DNA of 21,259 nucleotides from Hyphomicrobiales bacterium (GCA_017305925.1 JAFKJW010000109.1:1-21259), one strand, 5' to 3'. Counted from the stretch's first letter, positions 1-8,904 are shown. Made by a program: numbers and translations. The notes: generated by a model from the sequence alone, not told the origin.

Positions 1-56
1 ATGTCGATCTGCCTTCCGCCCGCAAGGAGGTCGCGAACCCGGATGCCGCCGCGACC

Positions 57-530
57 ATGGCGACCGGTGCCGTGGTGACGCCGCCGGCCGAAGCCGCTGG
101 CGGGGCGCAGCAGGACGCGGCCGCACCGGAAGCGGCCCCGCAGGAAGAGCCCGCTTCGCCGGCGAGCGCCCCGGTGCCGGAGGCGCGGCCGGACGCCGAG
201 CAGGTGGCCTCCGTCGAGCCGCCGCAGGCCGGAAAGGCCGTGCAGGCGGCGGCGTCGCAGGAGGACGGCGAGATCCCGTGCGCCCGCTACCGCGGCCAGC
301 CCATGGCGCGCTGCGTGGCGCATGTGGTGCGCACCGGCGCGGGGCAGGCCGTGGTGACGGTGACCTGGCCCGACGGCGGCAGCCGCGCGATCCGCTTCGA
401 CGGCGGCAAGGTGGAAGGGTCGGATTCCTCCGCGCCCCTCCAACTCAGCCGCGAGGTCGATCTCAACATGATCCGGATCGGCAAGGCCGAGCGCTTCGAG
501 ATCACCGACAGCTTCGCCTTCGGCGAGTAG
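57..530 (+). CDS. Hypothetical protein: Pro/Ala/Glu-rich low-complexity N-terminal region plus a Cys-containing C-terminal domain. The frame is open from position 3, so the true start may lie upstream of the window.
   Basis: Frame 0 is open from nt 3 to the stop at 528-530 with high GC3 codon usage. An ATG at 57 is preceded by a weak GA-rich RBS. No recognisable family. The C-terminal ~85 aa (IPCARYRGQPMARCVAHVV...FEITDSFAFGE) is non-repetitive and looks like a folded domain. Confidence 0.45.
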   Translation: MATGAVVTPPAEAAGGAQQDAAAPEAAPQEEPASPASAPVPEARPDAEQVASVEPPQAGKAVQAAASQEDGEIPCARYRGQPMARCVAHVVRTGAGQAVVTVTWPDGGSRAIRFDGGKVEGSDSSAPLQLSREVDLNMIRIGKAERFEITDSFAFGE

Positions 531-582
531 CGGCCGGCTGCATCGGCAGGGCCGCGGAAAATTCCGGATATCGGGGGATGGA

Positions 583-936
583 ATGGGCGTGACGCTTTAC
601 GGGTTCAAGGGTTGCGACACGGTCAGGAAGGCCCGCAAATGGCTGGACGACCAGGGCGCTTCCTACACCTATTTCGACTACCGGATGCAGCCCCTCGATC
701 CGAAGACGGTCGACGGCTGGTTCCGGCGCGCCGGTTGGGAGAAGGTGCTGAACCGCAACAGCGCCACGTTCAGGGAATTGCCCGAGGCGAGGAAGGCCGC
801 CCTCGACGAGAAGGTGGCGCGGCAGATGATCCTCGAGGAGACCAACCTCATCAAGCGGCCGGTCCTCGACACCGGCAAGGCACTGCTGTTCGGCTTCAGG
901 GCCGACGCCTATGCCGAGGCGCTGAAGGGGGAATGA
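583..936 (+). CDS. ArsC/Spx-family protein (YffB-like arsenate-reductase-related thioredoxin-fold protein)
   Basis: 117 aa. The N-terminus 'TLYGFKGCDTVRKARKWL' carries the CxxS/T motif and 'KRPVL' is typical of the ArsC/Spx/YffB family. RBS 'gggggatgg' sits before the ATG. Confidence 0.85.
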   Translation: MGVTLYGFKGCDTVRKARKWLDDQGASYTYFDYRMQPLDPKTVDGWFRRAGWEKVLNRNSATFRELPEARKAALDEKVARQMILEETNLIKRPVLDTGKALLFGFRADAYAEALKGE

Positions 937-959
937 CACCGAAGGCCGCTGCTTGACGG

Positions 960-1185
960 TCTTGGCGGTTGCCGTGCGTCCTTCGAGGCTCGCCCTCATG
1001 AGGTTATCGCCATTCTCGGCCATGCCGTGCGGGCTCGCACCTCAGGATGGGGATCGTGGTTTTGCCGGGCCCATGACGAAATGGGCTCCATGCGCCAACC
1101 GTCCTCATCCTGAGGCGCGAGCCCGCAGGACGTCGATGAGCAAGGCGTTGACTCTGCGATGGCGGGCCTCGAAGGACGCACCAAG
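960..1185. repeat. MITE-like intergenic palindromic element, copy 1 (RIME/REP-like). It has ~22-bp terminal inverted repeats 'GTGCGTCCTTCGAGGCTCGCCC' and an internal ~98-bp palindrome (1029-1126) with 24-bp arms 'GCGGGCTCGCACCTCAGGATGRGG'.
   Basis: Direct comparison with 11172-11385: the same modules are present in reverse-complement orientation (terminal IRs, the 'tcatgaggttatcgccattctcggccatgccgt' module, large palindrome, loop). It lies between the convergent 3' ends of the ArsC-like gene and ampS. Confidence 0.8.
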
Positions 1186-1232
1186 ACATAAATCAAATAT
1201 CAGAGCCGTTTGAATAAGCAGACCGCCGGCCG

Positions 1233-2489
1233 CTAGGCCCACTCGCCCTTGCGCATGACGGGCGTGCGTTTGCCGTCGGCGTCGAGCCCGTCTATGTCGA
1301 TCTCGCCAGAGCCGATCATCCAGTCGATGTGGATGAGGCTCTTGTTGCCGCCCTGTGCCGCGACCTGCTCCGGGCTCAGCGAGGCGCCGTCGAGGAAGCA
1401 GTCCGAGTAGCACTGGCCGAGCGCGATGTGGCACGCGGCGTTCTCGTCGAACAGCGTGTTGTAGAACAGCAGCCCGCTTTTCGAGATCGGCGAGGAGTTC
1501 GGGACCAGCGCCACCTCGCCCAGTCGCCGCGCGCCTTCGTCCGTGTCGAGCACCTTGCCGAGCACTTCGGCGCCTTTCGAGGCGGTCGTCTCGACGATAC
1601 GCCCCTTCTCGAAGCGCACCGAGATGTCGTCGATCAGCGTGCCCTGGTAGGAGAGCGGCTTGGTGCTGCGCGCCGTACCCTCGACGCGCCATGCGTGCGG
1701 GGTCGTGAACACTTCCTCCGTCGGGATGTTCGGGTTGCAGGTGACGCCGTTCTTGGCCAGCGACGCGCCGCCCCTCCAGGCATGACCGTAGGCAAGCCCC
1801 ACCGTGAGGTCGGTGCCGGGGCCGGAGAAATGCAGGGCATGGAAACGCCGCGCGTTCAGCCATTCGGTGCGGCTCTTCAGCGCCGCGTTGTGGGCCTGCC
1901 AGGCGCCGACCGGATCGTCGACATCGACGCGCGACGCCGAAAAGATCGCGTCCGCGAGCTTGCCGACCGCCGCGTCGGCGTCGTCACCCGGAAACACCAG
2001 CTTCGCCCATTCGGCATCGGGATAGGCGACGATCGTCCAGTTGATGTCGAAGCCGGTTATCTTCTCCAGCGCCGGGCGGTAGGCGACGGAGTTCGCCTTG
2101 TTGGCCCGCGACACCTTTTCGGAATCCTCGCCGGCCAGCAGCATCGGGTTCTCGCCGCGCACGGCGAGGCGCGCCGCACCCTTGGCGAAGGCCTGCGCCA
2201 TGCCGTCTTAGAGCCAGCCGGCCGCCCGGTCGAAGCTGGCGTCGCCGCCGTGGCGGAAGCGGGCGAGCGTCATCTCGTCGTCGTTGAACAGACAGGTGAC
2301 GAGGCCGGCGCCGGCCTTGTAGGCATGTTCCACGATGCGCCGCGCCAGCGGCGTCGCGGCCAGCGGCGACGTCATGACCAGATCCTGCCCGGGCTGGAGC
2401 CGCAGCCCCACCTTGATCGCCACCTCGGCCAGCTTGTCCAGCTTTTGCGGATCGATGTAGAGGCCGGGGAGTCGGGTGAATGTGGTCAT
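1233..2489 (-). pseudogene. ampS: Aminopeptidase, peptidase family M29 (AmpS / aminopeptidase T-like), interrupted by an in-frame TAA at 2208-2210
   Basis: The 93-aa ORF 2208-2489 (MTTFTRLPGLYIDPQKLDKLAEVAIKVGL...AAGWL*) and the 322-aa ORF 1233-2201 (MAQAFAKGAARLAVRGENP...) are in the same frame and together are colinear with full-length M29 aminopeptidases. The stop sits where family members have Tyr (AWLYEGMAKAF vs GWL*DGMAQAF). TAC/TAT to TAA is a single-base change. Confidence 0.8.
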
Positions 2490-2737
2490 GATTGTCCTGC
2501 CGTTGCGTGATCACCTCAGATAGACCTCCCGCCGCGCGCCGCCAATAGGTTACGAAAAAGCCGTGCGGCCCTCGCGGCGAGCGCTCGAAATCGTGATCGC
2601 CCGGCCGGAGGGTTGCCCGCCAAAATCGCCATTTTCGCCCTGTGTTGGAGGTTCGCCCGGCCCGACCATTTCAATCGCGCCCGATCTGTGCTTGATGCCG
2701 GCCCACTTTCGAAGCTTCCAGAGAGGATCTGGCCGAC

Positions 2738-4015
2738 GTGTTCGTCTCCTTCTTCCCCAGGCCGAAACCCTTCTTCATCTCGGCAGCCGTCTGGAGCCTT
2801 GCCGCGATCCTCTTCTGGTTCTTCGGCGGTGCGGCACTCGGCGCCTATGTCGGATTGCCTCCCGCCGCGCCCGGCGCGGAGCCGGTCATCGGCATTTCCG
2901 TGTTCTGGTCGCCGCCCTTCCTCTGGTTCTACATCTATTTCGCGGTCTGCGTGGCGCTGTTCTATGCCTTCTGGCGGTGGTACGCGCCCCATCCGTGGCA
3001 GAACTGGTCCATCCTGGTCACGTCCGTCATCCTCTTCTTCATTTACTTCTCGGTGCAGGTGAGCGTGGCGGTGAATGCCTGGTACGGGCCGTTCTTCGAC
3101 TATGTCCAGGGCCTGATGTCGGGCTCGGGAACCTCGACCAACGCGGAGTTCTACAAGGGGATCGCCAGCTTCGCCTGGCTGGCGCTGATCGGCATGAACG
3201 TCCAGGTCGTCAACGCCTTCATCGTCAGTCACTGGATTTTCCGCTGGCGCACCGCGATGAACAACTACTTCATGGCGAACTGGGACCGGCTGCGCCACAT
3301 CGAAGGCGCATCGCAGCGCATCCAGGAGGACACGATGCGGTTCTCCCAGATCATGGAGGATCTCGGCTCCAGCTTCGTGCAGTCCGTCATGACGCTGATC
3401 GCCTTCCTGCCGGTGATGATCCAGTTGCAGGTCCACATCACCGAATTGCCGATCATCGGCCGGATCGAGCAGCCTTTGGTCATCGCGGCGATCGCATGGT
3501 GTCTTTTCGGAACGATCTCCGTCATGGTCGCCGGAATGAGGCTGCCGGGCCTCCAGTTCCGCAAGCAGCGCGTCGAGGCCGCCTACCGCAAGGAATTGGT
3601 CTATGGCGAGGATCATGCCGACCGCGCTCAGCCGGAGACGACGGCGGAGCTGTTCGACAATGTGCGCAGCAACTATTTCCGCCTCTATTTCCACTACATC
3701 TATTTCAACATCGTGCGGTACACCTACCTCCAGGCCGACAACATCTTTTCTTTCCTGATCCTCGGCCCCTCGCTGGTGGCGCACAAGATCACCTTCGGCA
3801 CGCTGAACCAGGTCTCGAATGCGTTCGGGCGCGTGACCGGCGCTTTCCAGTTCCTCGTCAGCTCCTGGTCGACGATCGTCGAGCTGCAATCGGTCCACAA
3901 GCGCCTGCGCGCCTTCGAGGCGACGCTGAAGGGCGAGGCCCTGCCGGAGATCGACCGGCATTATCTGGAGCGCGAGGCCGCCGGCGTGCCGCCCAAGGAG
4001 CAGCCGGCGACGTGA
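2738..4015 (+). CDS. bacA: SbmA/BacA-family peptide/antimicrobial-peptide uptake transporter (inner-membrane transmembrane domain of an ABC-type importer)
   Basis: 425 aa, colinear with E. coli SbmA from the N-terminus ([21 protein letters not shown] vs MFKSFFPKPGTFFLSAFVWAL). Conserved 'AWYGPFFD', '[18 protein letters not shown]', '[19 protein letters not shown]', '[18 protein letters not shown]', '[14 protein letters not shown]'. Confidence 0.92.
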   Translation: MFVSFFPRPKPFFISAAVWSLAAILFWFFGGAALGAYVGLPPAAPGAEPVIGISVFWSPPFLWFYIYFAVCVALFYAFWRWYAPHPWQNWSILVTSVILFFIYFSVQVSVAVNAWYGPFFDYVQGLMSGSGTSTNAEFYKGIASFAWLALIGMNVQVVNAFIVSHWIFRWRTAMNNYFMANWDRLRHIEGASQRIQEDTMRFSQIMEDLGSSFVQSVMTLIAFLPVMIQLQVHITELPIIGRIEQPLVIAAIAWCLFGTISVMVAGMRLPGLQFRKQRVEAAYRKELVYGEDHADRAQPETTAELFDNVRSNYFRLYFHYIYFNIVRYTYLQADNIFSFLILGPSLVAHKITFGTLNQVSNAFGRVTGAFQFLVSSWSTIVELQSVHKRLRAFEATLKGEALPEIDRHYLEREAAGVPPKEQPAT

Positions 4016-4168
4016 GTTCTTAAGGTCCCGAACCTGGCCGGCATAGCAGCCGTGCAATCCATGGCCTGAATTCACAGTCTTGTCCGAGCTCCGAAGCAGG
4101 CTTGCTCCGTGGCGCGCATCGTCTAGGCTGGCGGTCCGCCAGCATCGCGCCAGCCCCCGGAGACGGCC

Positions 4169-4738
4169 ATGTCTATCCTGATCGTCGGTCTCATCCTCTT
4201 CCTCGGCATCCATTCGATCCGGATCTTCGCGCCGGCGGTGCGGGACGACCTTGCGGCGAGGCTGGGCGCCGGTCCGTGGCGGGGTCTCTACTCGCTGGTG
4301 TCGGCGGTCGGCCTCGTGGGCATCATCTGGGGCTTCAGCCTGGCGCGCGCCGATGCCGGATATCTTTACAGCCCGCCGGTCTGGGTGCGCCATCTCGCCG
4401 CGCTGCTGATGCTGTTCTCCTTCATCGCCATGGCGGTCTACGTCTTCCCCGCCGGTCGCCTCAAGCCGATGCTCAAGCATCCGATGCTGGTCTCGATCAA
4501 GATCTGGGCGCTGGCGCATCTTCTGGCGAATGGCGATGCGGCCGGCCTCGTGCTCTTCGGAGCCGTGCTCGCCTGGGCTGTGGCCGATCGCATTTCGGTG
4601 AAGCGTCGCGGCGCGGCGGTCCCGGCGCCGGGCCCGGTGAAATGGGACGGGATCGCCATTGCCACCGCGCTGGTCGTCTACCTGCTCTTCATCTGGCGGC
4701 TGCATCTGTGGCTGATCGGGGTCGCGCCGCTCGGTTAG
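4169..4738 (+). CDS. NnrU-family integral membrane protein (putative)
   Basis: 189 aa, 5-6 predicted TM helices. The size and the 'HP' and 'HLLANGD' motifs are reminiscent of NnrU/NnuR-family proteins. Family assignment is from memory only. Confidence 0.5.
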   Translation: MSILIVGLILFLGIHSIRIFAPAVRDDLAARLGAGPWRGLYSLVSAVGLVGIIWGFSLARADAGYLYSPPVWVRHLAALLMLFSFIAMAVYVFPAGRLKPMLKHPMLVSIKIWALAHLLANGDAAGLVLFGAVLAWAVADRISVKRRGAAVPAPGPVKWDGIAIATALVVYLLFIWRLHLWLIGVAPLG

Positions 4739-4858
4739 CCGCCTCCGGCCGCTAATTTCAGCCGGGGCCCTTCCAACCCGCCGAAATTTCGCTAAAACCC
4801 CGGCACATGAGACCGCCCGGCCGGGCGACAATGGCAGAGAGCCGGAAAAACCCAGGTC

Positions 4859-5520
4859 ATGTCGGACGACAGCTTTATCCGCGAGGTCAACGAGGAACTC
4901 CGCCGCGAGCAGGCGAAGGCCATCTGGGATCGCTTCGGCCCGACATTGATCGCCGCCGCGGTGCTGGTCGTCCTGGCGACCGCCGCCTACGTGGCCTACG
5001 ATTATTGGACCACCTCGCGCGCCAACGCGTCGGGTGACAAGTTCTCGCAGGCTCTGCTGCTCGCCAACCAGGGCAAGACCGACGAGGCGCTTGCCGCGCT
5101 GAAGGAACTGGAGGAGGACGGCTACGGCGCCTATCCGCTGCTCGCCCGCATGCGCGCCGCGACCGAGCTGGTCGACAAGGGCGACGCGGCCGGCGCCGTG
5201 GCCGGCTTCGACGCCGTTTCGGCGGACAGCGCGATTCCCATGGCGCTGCGCGACATGGCGCGGCTGCGCGCCGCCTTCCTGCTGGTCGACAGCGGCTCCT
5301 ATGACGACGTCGCCTCCCGCGCCGAGCCGCTGGCCGACGACACCAACCCGCTGCGCCACTCCGCCCGCGAGGCGCTGGGGCTCGCCGCCTGGAAGGCGGG
5401 CAAGGCGGCCGACGCGCTGAAATATTTCGAGCAGATCGGCGGCGACGAAGGCGCGCCGCGCAACAGCCGCCAGCGCGCCGGCATGATGGCCGAGCTCATC
5501 CGCGGCTCCCCGCGGCATGG
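4859..5520 (+). CDS. YfgM-like tetratricopeptide/membrane-anchored protein conserved upstream of der; 3' end unresolved (no in-frame stop until 6052)
   Basis: N-terminus '[50 protein letters not shown]' (single TM anchor) followed by a TPR-like body is typical of the protein encoded upstream of der/engA. Plausible sequence ends near '...MAELIRGS'. Beyond ~5520 the frame is Arg-rich off-frame junk overlapping der. Confidence 0.6.
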
Positions 5521-6956
5521 GCTTTTCCGCCGCCATCATCGGCCGTCCGAATGTCGGCAAGTCGACGCTGTTCAACCGCCTTGTCGGCAGGAAGCTCGCC
5601 CTGGTCGACGACACGCCAGGCGTGACGCGCGACCGCCGCGTTCATGCGGCGAAGCTCTACGACCTTTCCTTCGACGTCATCGACACGGCGGGCTTCGAGG
5701 ATGCCGGCCCGGAGACGCTTGCCGGCCGCATGCGAAGGCAGACCGAGATCGCCATCCGCGAGGCGGACGTCATCCTCTTCCTCGTCGATTCCAAGGCCGG
5801 CCTTCTGCCGGACGACAAGACCTTCGCCGATATCGTCCGACGCTCCGGCAAGCCTGTGGTTCTGGTCGCCAACAAGGCGGAGGCACGCGGCGCGGCCGGC
5901 GGGCTGCTGGAGGCGTGGGAACTCGGCCTGGGCGAACCGGTACCGGTTTCCGCCGAGCATGGCCAGGGGCTTCCCGACCTGCGCGATGCGATCGTCGAGG
6001 CGCTCGGCGAGGAGCGCGCGCTGGGCCGTGCCGACGAGGCGGAGGGGGATGAGGCGATCGCCGAGAGCGAGGCGCTGATCGGCGAGGACGTCGACCCGGA
6101 CGCCGACGAAGAGCCGGCCTACGACGTCACCAAGCCGATGCGCATCGCCGTGGTCGGCCGTCCCAATGCCGGCAAGTCGACGCTGATCAACGCCCTGATC
6201 GGCGAGGAGAGGCTGCTGACCGGCCCGGAGGCCGGCATCACGCGCGATTCCATCTCCGTCGACTGGACGTGGCGCGGGCGCCGGATCAAGCTGTTCGACA
6301 CGGCCGGCATGCGCCGCAAGGCGCGCGTCCAGGAAAAGCTGGAAAAGCTCTCCGTCTCGGACGGGCTGCGCGCCGTCCGCTTCGCGGAAGTGGTGATCAT
6401 CGTGCTGGATGCCACGATTCCCTTCGAGAAGCAGGACCTCCAGATCGCCGACCTGGTCGTCAGGGAGGGCAGGGCGCCCGTCATCGCCTTCTCGAAATGG
6501 GACCTGATCGACCAGCCGCAGCAGGTGCTGGCGGAACTGCGGGAGAAGACCGGGCGGCTGTTGCCGCAGGTGCGCGGGATCCGCGCCGTGCCGGTCTCGG
6601 CGGAGACCGGGCGCGGTCTCGACAAGCTTCTGGAGGCCGTCGTCTCCACCCATCAGGTCTGGAACCGCCGCGTGCCGACCGGCCGCCTCAACCGCTGGCT
6701 GGAGGGCATCCTGGCCCATCATCCGCCGCCGGCGGTCGCCGGCCGCCGTCTCAAGATCAAATACGTCACGCAGGCCAAGACCCGGCCGCCGGGCTTCGTG
6801 GTCTCGTGCTCGCGCCCGGATGCGATGCCGCAGTCCTATGTCCGCTATCTGGTGAACAGCCTGCGCGAGGCCTTCGACATGCCGGGCGTACCGATCCGCG
6901 TCGCCCTGCGCACCTCCGAAAACCCCTTCGCCGGCCGGTCCCGCAAGCGGGGATAG
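5517..6956 (+). CDS. der: Ribosome-biogenesis GTPase Der (EngA), two tandem GTPase domains plus a KH-like C-terminus
   Basis: 479 aa. G1 motifs '[14 protein letters not shown]' and '[14 protein letters not shown]', 'DTAG' motifs, 'NKAE'/'SKWD' G4 motifs. An acidic linker '[28 protein letters not shown]' lies between the GD1 and GD2 domains. Confidence 0.95.
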   Translation: MGFSAAIIGRPNVGKSTLFNRLVGRKLALVDDTPGVTRDRRVHAAKLYDLSFDVIDTAGFEDAGPETLAGRMRRQTEIAIREADVILFLVDSKAGLLPDDKTFADIVRRSGKPVVLVANKAEARGAAGGLLEAWELGLGEPVPVSAEHGQGLPDLRDAIVEALGEERALGRADEAEGDEAIAESEALIGEDVDPDADEEPAYDVTKPMRIAVVGRPNAGKSTLINALIGEERLLTGPEAGITRDSISVDWTWRGRRIKLFDTAGMRRKARVQEKLEKLSVSDGLRAVRFAEVVIIVLDATIPFEKQDLQIADLVVREGRAPVIAFSKWDLIDQPQQVLAELREKTGRLLPQVRGIRAVPVSAETGRGLDKLLEAVVSTHQVWNRRVPTGRLNRWLEGILAHHPPPAVAGRRLKIKYVTQAKTRPPGFVVSCSRPDAMPQSYVRYLVNSLREAFDMPGVPIRVALRTSENPFAGRSRKRG

Positions 6957-6995
6957 GCCGAGGGCGAAGGGCCCGTTAACCCTCCATCAAGGTTA

Positions 6996-8231
6996 ATGCA
7001 TCATTGTCTCCTCCGGTGGGCTTCTGTAGCGTTCTGGAGAGTTTGCGTGCGGCGGATTGCTTTGTCGCGGCGGGTGAGGCTTGAGCTTCCCGCGAGCCGG
7101 TCCTTCCTGTCTCCCCTTCTGGTCGGCCTCGGTCTCTGGCTGAGCTTCCCGACCGTCACGGCCTTTCAGGACATGACCAGCATGGTGTCGGGCCTCGAGG
7201 GCCAGAAAGTCCGCTGGGCCGCCTTCGTGGAAAAATCCGTCGCCGGGTCGGTGCACGCCGCCGAGATGCCGTTCGTCGACGGCGATGCCGTGACCGGTTC
7301 GATCTCCGGCTCGGGCGTCGAGATGCCGGGCATCGGCAAGGTCGCCTTCCGTGGCAAGCGCGGCATCGCCGCCGACACGCCCGACGAGGAGCGGATCAAC
7401 CGCGCCGACAAGAAGGGCCGGGTGGTAAACGTCGCCCCGGTCGCCCCGCCCAAGGCCTTCACCGCCGGATCCATCCTGCAGCGCACCAGCCGGCTGCTGC
7501 GCCCGGCGATCGACGGGGACCTCAAAATGGCCTTCGCCAAGTCCGAGATCAAAGGCAAGGAAATCAAGATCGCCTCGGTGTTCCATCCGGCGGTGAAGAA
7601 GGCGGCGGACGACGTGCCGGCCTATCTCGCCGACCTCGTGACCAACAAGAAGGCCGACGTCCTGGCGACCGCCTACGCGCCGGCCGAACCCGATTATGCC
7701 ACGGCGTCGCCCTTCGAGACATTGCTGCGCGAGACGGACCCGGATCACGGCCGCTTCATCCCGCCGCTGGCGCCGGGCGACCATTCCTGGATGGAGACGC
7801 CGCTGCCGGCCTCGGTCTTTTCCGCCAGGGAGCAGGAATGTCTCGCCAACGCCATCTATTTCGAGGCGCGCGGGGAATCGACCCGCGGGCAGGCCGCGGT
7901 GGCGCAGGTGGTGCTGAACCGTGTGCGCAACCCGGCCTATCCCGACTCCATCTGCGGCGTCGTCTACCAGAACTCGCAGTGGAGGAACGCCTGCCAGTTC
8001 TCCTTCGCCTGCGACGGCGTGAAGGACCGCGTCCTCAACCCGTTCGCCTATCGCCGCGCCAAGGATATCGCCATGGCGGTGACGGCGGGCAGGATTTTCA
8101 TCCCCGAGGTGGGGTCGTCCACCCACTACTACGCGCAATATGTCAGCCCGGGCTGGGCGCGCGCCATGAAGCGCATGACCAAGATCGGCCTGCACATCTT
8201 CTACCGCACCTATGGCGGCGGCTGGAGCTGA
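6996..8231 (+). CDS. Cell-wall hydrolase, SleB-like (Hydrolase_2 domain) C-terminus with signal peptide/TM N-terminus. The start is uncertain; GTG at 7047 is equally plausible.
   Basis: C-terminal 'ECLANAIYFEARGESTRGQAAVAQVVLNRVRNPAYPDSICGVVYQNSQWRNACQFSFACDG' matches the SleB/cell-wall hydrolase domain signature. N-terminal 'RSFLSPLLVGLGLWLSFPTVTAF' looks like a signal/anchor. Confidence 0.8.
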   Translation: MHHCLLRWASVAFWRVCVRRIALSRRVRLELPASRSFLSPLLVGLGLWLSFPTVTAFQDMTSMVSGLEGQKVRWAAFVEKSVAGSVHAAEMPFVDGDAVTGSISGSGVEMPGIGKVAFRGKRGIAADTPDEERINRADKKGRVVNVAPVAPPKAFTAGSILQRTSRLLRPAIDGDLKMAFAKSEIKGKEIKIASVFHPAVKKAADDVPAYLADLVTNKKADVLATAYAPAEPDYATASPFETLLRETDPDHGRFIPPLAPGDHSWMETPLPASVFSAREQECLANAIYFEARGESTRGQAAVAQVVLNRVRNPAYPDSICGVVYQNSQWRNACQFSFACDGVKDRVLNPFAYRRAKDIAMAVTAGRIFIPEVGSSTHYYAQYVSPGWARAMKRMTKIGLHIFYRTYGGGWS

Positions 8232-8362
8232 GGCCGGAAGCGTCGACAAATGCCGGGATTCTCATACACGGCGTTCGAAAACCTTGCCGCGCATGATGTC
8301 GCACCACGGTAACTTATTGATTTTATATTATAAATAGATGCCTTGGGTAGTCAACGCCGTGG

Positions 8363-8391
8363 CTTGACTGCCAGAGAACCCCTAACTATGT
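8363..8391 (+). promoter_or_regulatory. Sigma70-type promoter of the F0 atp operon: CTTGAC(8363-8368)-N17-CTATGT(8386-8391), preceded by an AT-rich UP-like tract (8305-8335)
   Basis: Close match to the alphaproteobacterial housekeeping consensus CTTGAC-N17-CTATAT. It lies 58 nt upstream of the atpI ATG. The flanking 'ttattgattttatattataaataga' is the most AT-rich stretch in the window. Confidence 0.5.
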
Positions 8392-8448
8392 TGCGCGCGA
8401 CTTTGAAGCGGACGGACGAGCGCTCGCCGGCCGGATAGGGAGGTTGCG

Positions 8449-8844
8449 ATGGCCGCCGAAGAACGGCCAGACGAAACCGGAAAATCCGGCCCTCGGAGCA
8501 CGGGGGCACAGGCCTTTCGCGACGAAGAACTCGACCGCCGCCGGCAGGAACTTGGCGCCGCTTTGGCCGCCAAGGTGCCGGACGAACGGGAGAGGGGGAA
8601 TGCAAGGGAATCCGGCCCCGCCACCGGCTATGCTCAGGCCTTCAAGCTTTCCAGCGAGTTCATCGCGGGAATAGCGGTCGGGGCGGGTTTGGGATGGGCG
8701 ATCGACCGGCTGGCCGGCTCGACCCCGTGGGGTCTGGTGGTGTTCCTGCTGCTGGGCTTCTGCGCAGGCATTCTGAACGTGCTGCGCTCGGTCGGCAAGG
8801 TGGCCGAGTTCGGAAAAGGCTCCGGAAGGAGCCGCGAGGATTGA
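8449..8844 (+). CDS. atpI: ATP synthase protein I (AtpI/AtpR-like small membrane protein), first gene of the F0 operon
   Basis: 131 aa with two C-terminal TM helices (FIAGIAVGAGLGWAIDRL / GLVVFLLLGFCAGILNVL), located immediately upstream of atpB. RBS 'gggagg'. Confidence 0.75.
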   Translation: MAAEERPDETGKSGPRSTGAQAFRDEELDRRRQELGAALAAKVPDERERGNARESGPATGYAQAFKLSSEFIAGIAVGAGLGWAIDRLAGSTPWGLVVFLLLGFCAGILNVLRSVGKVAEFGKGSGRSRED

Positions 8845-8904
8845 ATTGCGCCGGTCTCGGCCGGCGTCGAGGTGAAGAGAGGCCCTAGGGCCGAGGGGTG
8901 ACAC

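Noticed and set aside
502-1023. 173-aa ORF 'MAENGDNLMRASLEG...' (minus), and its twin at 11331-12443 (plus, 370 aa)
   Set aside because: Both initiate inside the MITE-like repeat (the identical N-terminal 14 aa are repeat-encoded) and run antisense through real genes (the ArsC-like gene; rnhB). They are artefacts of the repeat.
1329-2510. 393-aa plus-strand ORF
   Set aside because: Antisense to the M29 aminopeptidase gene, Arg/Val/Gly-rich low-complexity translation.
2516-5614. 1032-aa ORF on the minus strand
   Set aside because: Antisense to bacA, the NnrU-like gene and the TPR gene, whose products have clear homology. The translation is Arg/Asp/Gly-rich low-complexity text typical of off-frame reading in high-GC DNA.
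4859-6052. 397-aa full-length reading of the TPR gene
   Set aside because: The C-terminal 180 aa overlap der out of frame and are Arg-rich junk. Retained only as evidence of a missing stop (see findings).
5496-6722. 408-aa minus-strand ORF
   Set aside because: Antisense to der, no homology, GC-driven open frame.
6993-8249. 418-aa minus-strand ORF
   Set aside because: Antisense to the SleB-like hydrolase gene, which has a clear domain signature.
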